From Lentisphaerae bacterium GWF2_38_69 (lineage in GTDB: Bacteria; Verrucomicrobiota; Lentisphaeria; Victivallales; GWF2-38-69): 64,000 nt of DNA. The notes beneath the pieces were generated by a model. The model did not search any database. It was given only the letters and a program-made list of their open reading frames with translations, and was not told where the DNA came from. Positions 18,518 through 28,595 of the stretch are shown here, piece after piece (the first letter of the stretch is position 1; each line of letters starts with the position of its first letter). The translations under genes were made by a program, and so were the position numbers. The stretch covers positions 10,262 to 74,261 of the forward strand of contig MHBE01000042.1 of assembly GCA_001803205.1 (NCBI GenBank), given 5' to 3'.

Positions 18518-20335
18518 TTATAGATGCAATGTCATAAGAAATTCAATATTTGTTTTAATTTTTTTCATTTTACTGATGATTAGTTCCATTGCTTCTATGG
18601 GGGGGACGCCGTTTAGAGCTTTTCTGAGAGCCCAGACTTTATTGAGCTCATCAGGGTGCAGAAGTAGTTCTTCTTTTCTTGTTCCGCTCTTTTCGATATT
18701 GATTGCAGGATAAATTCGTTTATCTACCAGATGACGGTCAAGATTGAGTTCCATATTGCCTGTTCCTTTGAATTCCTCAAAAATAACTTCGTCCATTCTG
18801 CTTCCTGTATCGATGAGGGCAGTAGCAATGATAGTCAGGCTTCCAGCGCCTTCAATATTTCTTGCTGCTCCGAAGAATCTTTTGGGTTTGTGAAGTGCGT
18901 TGGCATCTACTCCGCCTGACAATATCTTCCCACTGTGAGGCTGAAGAGTATTATAGGCTCTTGCCAGCCTGGTTACACTGTCCAGAAGGATAACAACATG
19001 CTTATTATATTCCACCAGCCTCTTAGCTTTCTCAATAACCATTTCTGCAATTTGAACATGTCTTTCCGGCGGTTCGTCAAAGGTGGATGAAACAACTTCG
19101 GCGTTAACGCTTCTCTTCATGTCAGTAACTTCTTCTGGTCTCTCATCTATTAGAAGGATAATAAGAATAACTTCCGGATTGTTTTTTGTTATGCTGTTTG
19201 CAATTTTCTGCATAAGCATGGTTTTACCTGTTCTGGGGGGAGCTACAATGAGTCCGCGCTGTCCTTTTCCTATAGGCGTAATCAAGTCAACTATGCGGGT
19301 AGAATATTCATCTGGAGCGCGCTCAAGTACTAGCCTTTCTGTAGGAAAATAAGGAGTAAGCTCTTGGAAAGGAATAATTTCTCTTTTTCTTTCTGGAGGT
19401 TCATTATTAATAGCTTCAACTTTAAGCATGGCAAAGAAACGCTCTTTTTCCCTTGGCTGTCTTATTTGTCCGCTGATGAAATCGCCAGTTTTCAGAGAAA
19501 ATCTTCTGATTTGGGACGGGCTTAGATAAATATCTTCAGGGCAGGGCAGATAGCAGTAGGTAGGAGACCTCAGGAAACCAAATCCATCTTGAAGGACTTC
19601 GAGATAGCCGCTTCCGTACATAAGGCCGTTTTTTTCTGCATTAGCTTTTAGAATTTCAAATATCAGTTCAGGTTTTTCCAGAGCTCCTATGCCTTCTATC
19701 CCAAGAGAATTTCCCATAACAGCCAAATCCTGCATCTTCATTGCCTGGAGTTCTGTCAGGTTCAGACTTGGAGCAGTTCTATCCTTTCTGGAGAAATCGT
19801 CTCTAAATTTGTTGCTGCCGTTTCCATTTTTGAATTCTCTGTCTTTGCGGTAGTAAGTACCACTGTTGTTACGGTCACGATCTCTGTCTTTGTATTGCTG
19901 CTCCTGTCCTTTATTGCTGTTTTGTTCAGAGGGAGTTTGAGTAGATTGAGCGGCAGTGTTTGATTGCTGTTCATTTTGTATTTGTTGAGGTTCTTTAGTC
20001 GATTCTTGTTCGAGAATATCCTTACGCTCTTCTTTGTGCTCGGGAGGAGTTTGATAATGATGGTCTTCTGCTACATCGGGGGGAATTTCGCCCATGAGTT
20101 CTGCATTATTGATCTCAGGAGTTTCTATTAATTCTTCAGGCGCTGCCTGATGAGCTGGGATATTTTCAGAGAAAAGTTCCTGAGGGAGTGGCAGGCTGCC
20201 CTGATGAGAATCTTCGTCATTATTTGTTTTTTTTGGTTTGCTCTTAGGTCTGCCCCTGTGAGGTTTATGCTCAGTATAATTTTCTGGAGGAATATTATTT
20301 CCTATGTCTTTTTGCGGAATGTTATCTTCTGTCAT
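18518..20335 (-). CDS. rho: Transcription termination factor Rho with an N-terminal low-complexity extension of about 190 aa
   Basis: The canonical Rho sequence starts around residue 190 ([25 protein letters not shown]...[17 protein letters not shown]). Walker A PPRTGKT and the C-terminal RecA-like core are present. The preceding region is rich in Q/N/E/P/K and RD. Confidence 0.93.
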   Translation of the reverse strand: MTEDNIPQKDIGNNIPPENYTEHKPHRGRPKSKPKKTNNDEDSHQGSLPLPQELFSENIPAHQAAPEELIETPEINNAELMGEIPPDVAEDHHYQTPPEHKEERKDILEQESTKEPQQIQNEQQSNTAAQSTQTPSEQNSNKGQEQQYKDRDRDRNNSGTYYRKDREFKNGNGSNKFRDDFSRKDRTAPSLNLTELQAMKMQDLAVMGNSLGIEGIGALEKPELIFEILKANAEKNGLMYGSGYLEVLQDGFGFLRSPTYCYLPCPEDIYLSPSQIRRFSLKTGDFISGQIRQPREKERFFAMLKVEAINNEPPERKREIIPFQELTPYFPTERLVLERAPDEYSTRIVDLITPIGKGQRGLIVAPPRTGKTMLMQKIANSITKNNPEVILIILLIDERPEEVTDMKRSVNAEVVSSTFDEPPERHVQIAEMVIEKAKRLVEYNKHVVILLDSVTRLARAYNTLQPHSGKILSGGVDANALHKPKRFFGAARNIEGAGSLTIIATALIDTGSRMDEVIFEEFKGTGNMELNLDRHLVDKRIYPAINIEKSGTRKEELLLHPDELNKVWALRKALNGVPPIEAMELIISKMKKIKTNIEFLMTLHL

Positions 20336-20994
20336 TATTTTCCGTCCTTCTGGTTTATTTTTTTAGTTATTTTAATTAAGATTTGTTTGCATTGTTCTTT
20401 CAGGTAATTTAAATCACCTGTGTTTATTATTCCGTATGAGGCTCTTTCAAGTTTGATATCAGGAGTCAATTGGTTTTTTATTCTTTCATAGATTTCATGC
20501 TCAGTCCAATTCCTGGCTTTAAGTCTTTTAGTTTGCTGTTCCTTGTTTGTCCAAATAGCTATTGTTGAAGAAAAATCCTTTTCTATTCCTAGTTCAAATA
20601 GCAGAGGGATGTCAAAAATTATTATTCTGCTCTTTGGAGAAGCTTTAATAATCATTTCAGCTCTGGAAAAAACATAAGGATGAGTATTGGAGTTTAACCA
20701 TTCAAGAGCATTTTTATTTGTAAAGACTATTTTTCCTATTTTTTTTCTATCAAGGTTTCCTTCGGTTAATACTTCATTTCCCCATTTGTCAGTCAATATT
20801 TTTCTGAATCTGGCAGAATCTTCACTATTCTCTTCATATAGCTCATGAACGATTTTGTCAGATTCAATTATAGTGCATTCAAGCTCTGAAAATATTTTCA
20901 AGGCTGTGGATTTACCGCAACCGATTCCTCCTGACAGTCCTATGACTGAAGAAGGATAATTAAAAGTCATTACGACTTCGTAGTTTTGGAACAA
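20335..20994 (-). CDS. coaE: Dephospho-CoA kinase
   Basis: [15 protein letters not shown]-loop and DIPLLFE. The stop overlaps the rho start by 1 nt. The start may be the TTG at 20994 or the ATG at 20970. Confidence 0.88.
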   Translation of the reverse strand: MFQNYEVVMTFNYPSSVIGLSGGIGCGKSTALKIFSELECTIIESDKIVHELYEENSEDSARFRKILTDKWGNEVLTEGNLDRKKIGKIVFTNKNALEWLNSNTHPYVFSRAEMIIKASPKSRIIIFDIPLLFELGIEKDFSSTIAIWTNKEQQTKRLKARNWTEHEIYERIKNQLTPDIKLERASYGIINTGDLNYLKEQCKQILIKITKKINQKDGK

Positions 20995-21077
20995 ATCAAA
21001 TCTCCGAATAATTCAAAATTGAAAACAAGTTTTAAATCATCAAAAAAAGCAGTGATTAATATGATGAATGGGAATTA

Positions 21078-21382
21078 ATGAAATCAGTTTATCGAATTGG
21101 CCAACATTATAGAATTGTATTTAAGCTAAATCAAGACCTTTTTGCTAAAGAATTAAAAAATGTTCGGAAATATCCCTTTTTCAGAAACACTTTTTGCTAT
21201 CCTTAATCAGATGAAGTACAATCTCTGATATAATAAGATTTTCTGCAAGCTTGGTATTTAAGGGTAATAAAGCACTTCCTATTGATTTTGACATGGAATA
21301 TGATACCATTTCGAAATGTGTTGATTTTATGGCTGAATCAAGCAATATATATCAAACTGTGTATTGGAAATCATTTGAATAA
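21078..21382 (+). pseudogene. Possible frameshifted XRE-type HTH gene remnant
   Basis: Three consecutive frames read IGQHYRIVFKLNQDLFAKELKN / FGNIPFSETLFAILNQMKYNL / DIIRFSAS...YWKSFE*, loosely resembling an XRE HTH broken by two frameshifts. Similarity is weak. Confidence 0.2.
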
Positions 21383-21427
21383 AAACCTAGAAAACTCAAG
21401 TAAATTTTATATTATTGGAAAGAACTG

Positions 21428-21997
21428 ATGTCGAGAAATGTACCAACTGTTTTGAAACGGACGAGCAAATTTAAAGGTAAATGGCTGGAATTTGAAGAGG
21501 TCGAATATGTTGATGCTTTTAATAAAGTCAGAACCTGGGAGAATGTTGTCAGAACTACAGAGGGCGGCGCTGTAGCCATGATTGCCACGACAGTCGGCAA
21601 GCTTATACTTGTTAGGCAATTCAGACCTCCGATAGGCAATTATATAATAGAATTTCCGGCTGGACTTGTGGATAAAGAAGAATCTTATATAGTTTCCGCC
21701 TTACGGGAATTGAAAGAAGAAACAGGATACACAGGAAAAGTAACAGGCGTTACCTGTCCTGTTTATAGTTCTCCAGGGATGACTGATGAAACAACTGCTC
21801 TTGTTTCTATTGAGATTGATTCATCTCTTGCTGAAAATAGAAATCCCAAACCGCAGCTTGAACAGACCGAGAACCTTGAGGTTCTCGAAGTTGAAATAAA
21901 AAACCTGAAAAACTTCCTTGAAGAACGCTCAAAAGCAGGCGACTATATTGACGCGAAAGTCATGAGCTTTGTTTCAGGTATAAATTTTAAAGATTAA
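21428..21997 (+). CDS. NUDIX hydrolase (ADP-ribose pyrophosphatase-like)
   Basis: Nudix box EFPAGLVDKEESYIVSALRELKEETGY. Confidence 0.85.
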   Translation: MSRNVPTVLKRTSKFKGKWLEFEEVEYVDAFNKVRTWENVVRTTEGGAVAMIATTVGKLILVRQFRPPIGNYIIEFPAGLVDKEESYIVSALRELKEETGYTGKVTGVTCPVYSSPGMTDETTALVSIEIDSSLAENRNPKPQLEQTENLEVLEVEIKNLKNFLEERSKAGDYIDAKVMSFVSGINFKD

Positions 21998-22032
21998 ATA
22001 TTTTGACAATTTGATAAATAGGAGAAAATCAG

Positions 22033-22671
22033 ATGGCTAAAAATAACAAGAAACTTTTTAACTCAGTCGATGTTATTTCTAAAGAGCTCGATGCAGTTGA
22101 TAATTTTGTGCTTAAATATTGGAAGAAATATGTATATATAGCCATTGGGGTAATAGTAGTAGTAGCGGCAGTGACAATATTTATAAGAGTTTTTGAGCAT
22201 AATTCTACTTCAGCAGCAAGAGAGATCTCTGGCGCATTGTCCCTCGAACAACTGCAGACTGCGGTAAGTAAAAATCCAACAAATGTTCTTACTCCTTACG
22301 CTGAGCTTGAAATGGTGCCAAAACTCCTGGAGAAAAAAGATATTGATGGAGCAAAAAAAGTATGCAATAAAGTTATTTCTTCTAGGCAGGATCCTTATGC
22401 TCTTGCCCAAGCAAAAGTTGACCTTGGATATATTGCGGAAATTCAAGGCAACAATGATGAGGCCATAAAAATCTTCACACAGCTTGCCTCTGATCCTGAA
22501 TCTACTGAAAGTGTGAAGGCTGAAAGCTTTTATAATGCGGGAAGGATTTATCTTGCCATGGGAAAAAAGACACAGGCCATAGAGGTTCTCAAGAAGTGTT
22601 CGGCCATATCTGATTCTTCTTCGATGGGCTGGCAGGAGTTTGCCAACAATTTGATGAACGCTGCAAATTAG
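22033..22671 (+). CDS. YfgM-like single-pass membrane TPR protein
   Basis: N-terminal LDAVDNFVLKYWKKYVYIAIGVIVVVAAV membrane anchor followed by TPR-like helices. Good RBS. Confidence 0.6.
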   Translation: MAKNNKKLFNSVDVISKELDAVDNFVLKYWKKYVYIAIGVIVVVAAVTIFIRVFEHNSTSAAREISGALSLEQLQTAVSKNPTNVLTPYAELEMVPKLLEKKDIDGAKKVCNKVISSRQDPYALAQAKVDLGYIAEIQGNNDEAIKIFTQLASDPESTESVKAESFYNAGRIYLAMGKKTQAIEVLKKCSAISDSSSMGWQEFANNLMNAAN

Positions 22672-22687
22672 ACAGGCGATATTTCAG

Positions 22688-23461
22688 GTGAACATTTATT
22701 CTCATAATGCGTTCACAAAAAATATGGAGAAGTTCATTCTTTCTCTCTATGACAGAAAGAATAGGTATGAAGCAAATCAGTGTGTATGTGAAGGACTGAG
22801 AGCCTCACAGGAATTGTATTCTATAACTCCTGAGCTGATAGAATACGCTGTAGTCACTAATAAAGCAGACTCCTCCTTTCTCAAAGGAATAAAGATTTTT
22901 GAGGCTGATGAGAGAGTATTCAATAAGATTTCATCTACAGTCAGTTCTCAAGGCATTCTTCTTGTAGCGAAAATTCCTAAACTTTCTGACAGGCCTCTTC
23001 AAGATACACCGTTTGCTTTAGTGCTTGACAGGATTGCTGATCCTGGCAATTTTGGCACAATACTTAGAACATGTGTTTCTGTTGGGCTTAAAGATGTCTG
23101 GTTTTCATCTACATCAGTAGATCCTTATTCAGAAAAGACTATCCGTTCAGCCCTATGTGCCCAGTTTTCTTTGAACCTCCATGCATACAACAATGTAAAC
23201 ACTCTTGTGGATAACCTTGAAAAAGAAGGCTTTCAACGTATTTACAGGACAGACCCTTCCGGAGGTAAAAATTGTTTTGAAACAGGAAAACTTTTTGAAA
23301 AAAGCATAATTGTTTTTGGCAATGAGGCTAATGGAATCAGTGATGTAAAGGATTCAATTCCTGTAAATATCCCTATGCCTGGGAAATTTGAATCTCTGAA
23401 TGTAGCCCAGGCAGTTACAGTTATTCTTTTTGAAGCAGTAAGACGAAAAATATTGAGGTGA
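22688..23461 (+). CDS. TrmH/SpoU-family RNA 2'-O-methyltransferase
   Basis: LVLDRIADPGNFGTILRT, IVFGNEANGIS, IPMPGKFESLNVAQAVTVILFE. Confidence 0.85.
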   Translation: MNIYSHNAFTKNMEKFILSLYDRKNRYEANQCVCEGLRASQELYSITPELIEYAVVTNKADSSFLKGIKIFEADERVFNKISSTVSSQGILLVAKIPKLSDRPLQDTPFALVLDRIADPGNFGTILRTCVSVGLKDVWFSSTSVDPYSEKTIRSALCAQFSLNLHAYNNVNTLVDNLEKEGFQRIYRTDPSGGKNCFETGKLFEKSIIVFGNEANGISDVKDSIPVNIPMPGKFESLNVAQAVTVILFEAVRRKILR

Positions 23462-23946
23462 AAATGGAAGAAAGCAATGCAAAAATAATTATTGAAAATT
23501 TAGGTTTGAGGCCTCATCCTGAAGGAGGGCATTACCGTCAGGTTTTCAAGGACAGTGTAAATGTAACTATAGAGGATGGCACGAAAAGATTCAGGACGGC
23601 TCTTACAGACATTTATTTTCTTCTTGCCAAAGGAGAAAAGAGTCGTTTCCATAAAGTCAGGCAAACTGAGATATGGCATTTTTACACAGGCGCTCCTCTT
23701 ATGCTTTACGATTTATCGGAAGATCTGCAAAAACTAGAGATAATAGAACTGGGGAAAGGCATGAATTTTAAGCATACGGTCAAGGCCAACCATTTTCAGG
23801 CGGCGGTTAGCGCTGGTGATTATACTCTTGTCGGTTGCAGCGTTGCCCCTGGATTTGAATTTGAGGATTTTTCTTTTCTTAGCGATGATGAAAATTTAAT
23901 TCAGTTTGTTGCTGCAAAGTATCCAAACTTAAAATATCTGATATGA
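23458..23946 (+). CDS. Cupin-fold protein (DUF985 family)
   Basis: LGLRPHPEGGHYRQVFKD and VGCSVAPGFEFEDF, typical of DUF985 cupins. Overlaps both neighbouring genes by 4 nt. Confidence 0.75.
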   Translation: MKMEESNAKIIIENLGLRPHPEGGHYRQVFKDSVNVTIEDGTKRFRTALTDIYFLLAKGEKSRFHKVRQTEIWHFYTGAPLMLYDLSEDLQKLEIIELGKGMNFKHTVKANHFQAAVSAGDYTLVGCSVAPGFEFEDFSFLSDDENLIQFVAAKYPNLKYLI

Positions 23947-24569
23947 ACTTTAAACTCAGATACTGGAAAAGGATTTTTATCTCTGGTATTTTTGCTCTCT
24001 ATCTTTCTTCATGTAATTCCCCGGAAAACCAGATGCCCCCAGCTTCAGAATCTTACAGAACTGTAAGGAACGAACCTATTATGGGGCATGGGGAAGCTAA
24101 TGTATATCAATTGGAAAAATTCTTTCTTAAATATAATCCAAAAATAAATCGCACATACCTCAGAAATGTTACAAATGCTTATTTAAAGCAGTGCTCTTAT
24201 GAAAGAGTTAACTCTGATGTGGCTTTTATTCAGATGTGTCATGAGACTAATTTTCTGCGTTTTGGGAATCAGGTAAAACTGTATCAGAATAATTTTGCAG
24301 GTATCGGCGCAACTGATAATGGAGCAAGAGGCGCGTCATTTAAAACCATAGATGAAGGCGTGCGAGCTCAGGTTCAGCATCTTAAGGCCTATGCAAGCAC
24401 TGCAAAACTCAATGGCAGATGCGTTGACCCAAGGTTTAACGAAGTAAAAAGAGGTTCGGCCGTCTATGTTTCCGAATTGGGTAACGGCAGATGGGCAACT
24501 GATCCTGATTACGCAAAGAAACTTTTAGCAAAAATAAATGAACTCTACCGTCTAAACTCAATCAACTAA
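23943..24569 (+). CDS. Lipoprotein with a glucosaminidase-like peptidoglycan hydrolase domain
   Basis: Lipobox LYLSSC. AFIQMCHETNFLRFGNQVKLYQNNFAGIG resembles the mannosyl-glycoprotein endo-beta-N-acetylglucosaminidase family. Confidence 0.5.
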   Translation: MNFKLRYWKRIFISGIFALYLSSCNSPENQMPPASESYRTVRNEPIMGHGEANVYQLEKFFLKYNPKINRTYLRNVTNAYLKQCSYERVNSDVAFIQMCHETNFLRFGNQVKLYQNNFAGIGATDNGARGASFKTIDEGVRAQVQHLKAYASTAKLNGRCVDPRFNEVKRGSAVYVSELGNGRWATDPDYAKKLLAKINELYRLNSIN

Positions 24570-24627
24570 TTTACCATATCTATAACTGGAATCCGGAGGA
24601 TTATAGCAGAAGTTAAAACAAAAGAGA

Positions 24628-25071
24628 TTATTTTGTGATAGTTATTTCTCTTTTTGTATCTGAAATTCTTTTTATTTCAACTTGAATAATTTCTTTAGGA
24701 AGAATGTCATAAATTCTTTCCGGCCATTCAATTAAAGTTATTGCATCGGGTCTGCTAATATATTCCTGTATTCCGAAGTCTAAGGCTGTGGCTGAATCAT
24801 TGATTCTATATAAATCCATGTGGTACATCCATTTTGAATTCTTGCAGGGATATTCTCTGATTATGCTGAAAGTAGGGCTGCATATTATATCAGTTATACC
24901 TAATCCTCTAGCAAAACCGCGAACAAAAACTGTTTTTCCAGCTCCAAGATTGCCGACTAAGGCTATCATCGATCCTAATTCAATATTTTTAGCGAAATTT
25001 GAGGCTAAATCCTGAGTATTTTTTTCGGAATCTGTAAAATATTTTGTAATTTCTTGCAATTCGAACCTCAT
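24628..25071 (-). CDS. tsaE: tRNA t6A37 biosynthesis ATPase TsaE
   Basis: VGNLGAGKTVFVRGFARGLG, SPTFSIIREY, HMDLYRI. The ATG at 25071 is preferred; the track's TTG at 25110 is possible. Confidence 0.88.
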   Translation of the reverse strand: MRFELQEITKYFTDSEKNTQDLASNFAKNIELGSMIALVGNLGAGKTVFVRGFARGLGITDIICSPTFSIIREYPCKNSKWMYHMDLYRINDSATALDFGIQEYISRPDAITLIEWPERIYDILPKEIIQVEIKRISDTKREITITK

Positions 25072-25245
25072 GTTGATCTTATAATCTAAAAAGATAGAGC
25101 TAAAAAACAAAAACTCAAAAGTGCTTTGTTAGTTTTGGATTAGTAATATTTACCAGAGTTGCTTCAGAGATACGGCAAATGTATTTTAAAACATGATACA
25201 AAACAAGTGTCATAAATATCTATCACTAAGATATGGAGGAATTAT

Positions 25246-25440
25246 ATGAAAAATGATACTGATGAAATAAATAGATGTTTAACTATAGATGATAGCGACT
25301 GTTATAAATATTCTTCAGGCTCAGAAGCTGGTAATGAGGTATATTACATAGCATCCAGAGATGATAAAGGAAAAATCTTGCGTAAGAAAGTATCTAAGGC
25401 TGATTTTTTAGACAGTAAGTGCAGATTCGTTTATATATAA
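25246..25440 (+). CDS. Small hypothetical protein (64 aa)
   Basis: Strong RBS (TGGAGGA), followed by an intrinsic terminator. No recognisable motif. Confidence 0.5.
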   Translation: MKNDTDEINRCLTIDDSDCYKYSSGSEAGNEVYYIASRDDKGKILRKKVSKADFLDSKCRFVYI

Positions 25441-25468
25441 TAAAAATATTAAATCTGCTCTGTACCAG

Positions 25469-25496
25469 GCTGAACTTTTTGTTCAGCTTTTTTTTT
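25469..25496 (+). terminator. Rho-independent terminator
   Basis: gctgaac-ttttt-gttcagc followed by a run of 9 T. Confidence 0.8.
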
Positions 25497-25613
25497 ATAA
25501 AAAATATCAAATTTGTTGCAGAAGCTGAATACTTTGATAGAATCGAGCTCTATATATGCAAATGAATAAGAATTATGATTGCATAATAATAAAATCAACA
25601 AAAAGGAGTTGAT

Positions 25614-26390
25614 ATGGGCTCTGAAAACTTATCTCAAAATGAAGCTGTCGACCTGAAGATAGCCGAACTACAGTCGAAACTGGAAAAAATTAACAAAAAC
25701 AGGAAAATTTCAGCCTTGGTTTCTTTTGTCGGCATAGTGCTGATTGTCATTGCGCTGATAGCTTTTGTAAGCAGGATATATAAGTTTGTTGAGCATTATG
25801 ATACTAGAGCACTTCTTCATGAACTGCAGGAATGCTCTGGGCGATTTGCTTCTTCTGAAGAGGTTAAACAGCTAGTCGAAGCATTAAAGCAGGATTTGAT
25901 ACCTTCGTACCAGGTAGCTCTGAACTTAGAGATGAGAAGTTCAGCTCCTCAGTTCCAGAAAGATTTCGAGGCGATTCAAGATGAAATTGCGCTTTATCTT
26001 ACACAATCTATTAAGCCTAGGATAGAACAAAACCTAGTAGAGCAAATGGTTAATTCAGAAGCTACCTCTCTTGCAAATAACCTTACATCAGAGCAATCCC
26101 TTGCGAAGATTAACAATGTTGTAATGATTACAAAAAATCATGTAGAAGAAAAAATGCCTGGGTTTTTAGATGCTAGAATGGATCCTATAATTGTTCAGTT
26201 AGACAGTCTAAATGGTAGTTTTTATAAGGTTTATGACAATATGGTTAAAGCTGGAGAATTCAATGGTATTACTCCTGATATGTCAGGAGAGATAGAAAAC
26301 AGGCTGATCGAAAATGTACTTGAAATGATCATATACCAGCTCGATCCGAAGAAAGGGTTAGAAAAAGCTAATTTAGGCAGGAGGGACTAA
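25614..26390 (+). CDS. Hypothetical single-pass membrane protein (N-terminal coiled coil, TM, helical domain)
   Basis: AAGGAG RBS. TM segment ISALVSFVGIVLIVIALIAFV. Same architecture as the next gene. Confidence 0.6.
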   Translation: MGSENLSQNEAVDLKIAELQSKLEKINKNRKISALVSFVGIVLIVIALIAFVSRIYKFVEHYDTRALLHELQECSGRFASSEEVKQLVEALKQDLIPSYQVALNLEMRSSAPQFQKDFEAIQDEIALYLTQSIKPRIEQNLVEQMVNSEATSLANNLTSEQSLAKINNVVMITKNHVEEKMPGFLDARMDPIIVQLDSLNGSFYKVYDNMVKAGEFNGITPDMSGEIENRLIENVLEMIIYQLDPKKGLEKANLGRRD

Positions 26391-26391
26391 A

Positions 26392-27099
26392 ATGAACGAT
26401 ACTACATCAAGGATAGAGTCTTTAGAAAAAAGCATTGACAGCCAGCTCAAAAAATCAAAAACCAGTCTTATAGCTGTAATAGCTGTTTATATTGTATTAG
26501 TGATTATTGTCTTGGGATACACTACATTTATTGTTACTTATACAAAAGCGTTAGCAAAACCGCCTGTAGTTGCTGAATTTATTATTAGCAATATTCAGAC
26601 AAAAGTTCCTGCTTTAACCCAAACTCTTAAGGATAATTCCAAGGCTTACGGAAGTTTTCTTGCAAAGCAAACTCTTGCCTATATAAAATCATTCATACCA
26701 TTACTTGCAAATATGGCAAGAGGTCAGCTTGATAACACTGTTGAAGTTATAAATAGCCAAATGAATGAAAATTATCTGCCGTTAATTAATGAATATTTTA
26801 AATTAAATAAAGATAAGATCAATGAAATGTTCAGGGATATGACTGATGAGCAGATAGCTACACAATTAAATGAAATGATGTATGAAGAACTTGATAGAAA
26901 CGCAGAATTGCTCAATGCCCCGATTGGAGATTCAATAAATCAGCTCAAGGCTAGGATTGACAAACTTGCCAATACGCCTAATTCTCAGCTGAACAATCAG
27001 GAGCTAGCACAAAAGAGAGTTATTGCATATTGGATATATCTTGTGAAATATCAAGAGCTAACAGGGTTTAAGGCCTTGAAGCTGAATAACGATAATTAA
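26392..27099 (+). CDS. Hypothetical single-pass membrane protein, architectural twin of the upstream gene
   Basis: AGGAGGG RBS, 1-nt gap after the previous stop. TM segment LIAVIAVYIVLVIIVLGYTTFIV. Confidence 0.6.
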   Translation: MNDTTSRIESLEKSIDSQLKKSKTSLIAVIAVYIVLVIIVLGYTTFIVTYTKALAKPPVVAEFIISNIQTKVPALTQTLKDNSKAYGSFLAKQTLAYIKSFIPLLANMARGQLDNTVEVINSQMNENYLPLINEYFKLNKDKINEMFRDMTDEQIATQLNEMMYEELDRNAELLNAPIGDSINQLKARIDKLANTPNSQLNNQELAQKRVIAYWIYLVKYQELTGFKALKLNNDN

Positions 27100-27120
27100 T
27101 TATATCTAAAAAAGTTCGAA

Positions 27121-27152
27121 GGCTGAAACTATAAAAAGTTTCAGCCTTTTTT
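27121..27152 (+). terminator. Rho-independent terminator
   Basis: ggctgaaact-ataaaa-agtttcagcc followed by tttttt. Confidence 0.85.
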
Positions 27153-27232
27153 CTTAATAGAGGCATAAAATTTTGCGGCGTTTTACAGTTTGGCTATAAT
27201 TTTTATTAAGTCAAAAAAAGGAGATAAAGAGT

Positions 27233-28504
27233 ATGGCAAAGGCTGCAGGAAGCAAGTCGAATTCAAACCAGATCCTATTCGCAATGGGTTTGGCTATAGT
27301 TATAGGTCTTTTAATTAATTACTTCGGGCATAAATATAATTTTATACCTCAATATCGAATGATTGAGAAATATTCAATAGGGCCTATTGGAGATGCATTT
27401 CTCAAGTTGCTTCTTATGGGCGTACTGCCTATTGTATTCCTCGCTATTGTAGGCGGTATTGTTGAGCTTGGACAGGATAAAGGGAAACTCAAAAGAGTGA
27501 GCATCAAAGCGGGACTCTACTTTTTTTTCACCACCTTTGCAGCTTTGATAATTGGCCTTTGCGTATCTTTTGTTATTAACCCTGGGAAAGTTGGAAATCT
27601 CGGAGAGGGACTGGACCTTTCGAAGGGTGTGGCATCTATGAATATAATGGATGTTTTTCTTAATATGTTTCCAAAGAATCCTTTTGCTTCTTTTGCTGAA
27701 GCTAATATGCTTCAAATCATTTTTTTCGCAATATTTATGGGCGTAGCTATCGTTATGGTAGGCGGGGAAAAAATGAAAAAAGTTAATGAAATATTACACT
27801 ACATAATGCAGATTATGATAGAAATTATAAAGATTGTTATGAAAGTTGCTCCAATCGGAGTCTTCTGTCTTCTTCTGAAAGTAACTGCGACCCAGGGATT
27901 CTCAACAATTATTGGACTTTTACTTTATGTCATTGCCATAGTAGTGGGATTGCTTCTTCAGTTTATTATTGTTTACTGTCCTGTTCTATATGTCACAACA
28001 GGCCTGAAGCCTATAAAATTTATAAAAAAATTCAAGGACATTGCCATTGTTGCTTTTGCTACTTCAAGCTCAAAAGCTACTTTGCCGTTCGCGATGGAAG
28101 TCTGCGAGGAGAAATTTGGAGTGGAAGAGGATTTTTGCAGATTTATTCTTCCTCTTGGCGCATCGATCAATATGAACGGATCGGCAATAATGCAGAGTGT
28201 GGCGATTGTTTTTATTTCGCAGATTTATCATGTTAATCTCACGGTACCGATGCTTTGCGCGATTCTTTTTACAGCTGTTTTTACTTCTGCCGGAGCCGCC
28301 GGTATTCCGAGCGGAGCGACAATTACTCTTACGACGATTTTACTGATGGTTGGTATTCCAGCCGAAGGAGTTGCACTTATTCTTGGAGTGGACAGAATAG
28401 TTGATATGTGTAGAACAGTTGTGAATGTCTCTGGGGATGTAGTTTGCACCATTTCAATAGCCGGCAGCGAAAAAGCAATAGATAGAACTGTCCTCCTTTC
28501 ATAA
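27233..28504 (+). CDS. Dicarboxylate/amino acid:cation symporter (DAACS family)
   Basis: FATSSSKATLPFAMEVCEE and ILPLGASINMNGSAIMQ. Multiple TM segments. Confidence 0.88.
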   Translation: MAKAAGSKSNSNQILFAMGLAIVIGLLINYFGHKYNFIPQYRMIEKYSIGPIGDAFLKLLLMGVLPIVFLAIVGGIVELGQDKGKLKRVSIKAGLYFFFTTFAALIIGLCVSFVINPGKVGNLGEGLDLSKGVASMNIMDVFLNMFPKNPFASFAEANMLQIIFFAIFMGVAIVMVGGEKMKKVNEILHYIMQIMIEIIKIVMKVAPIGVFCLLLKVTATQGFSTIIGLLLYVIAIVVGLLLQFIIVYCPVLYVTTGLKPIKFIKKFKDIAIVAFATSSSKATLPFAMEVCEEKFGVEEDFCRFILPLGASINMNGSAIMQSVAIVFISQIYHVNLTVPMLCAILFTAVFTSAGAAGIPSGATITLTTILLMVGIPAEGVALILGVDRIVDMCRTVVNVSGDVVCTISIAGSEKAIDRTVLLS

Positions 28505-28595
28505 TGAAGGAAGTTAGTCTATGCAAATCATATTAACATGAGTTGTCTGTTTGATTACAAGATGCACCAACTATAAAACTTGATTGGAGGAAGTT

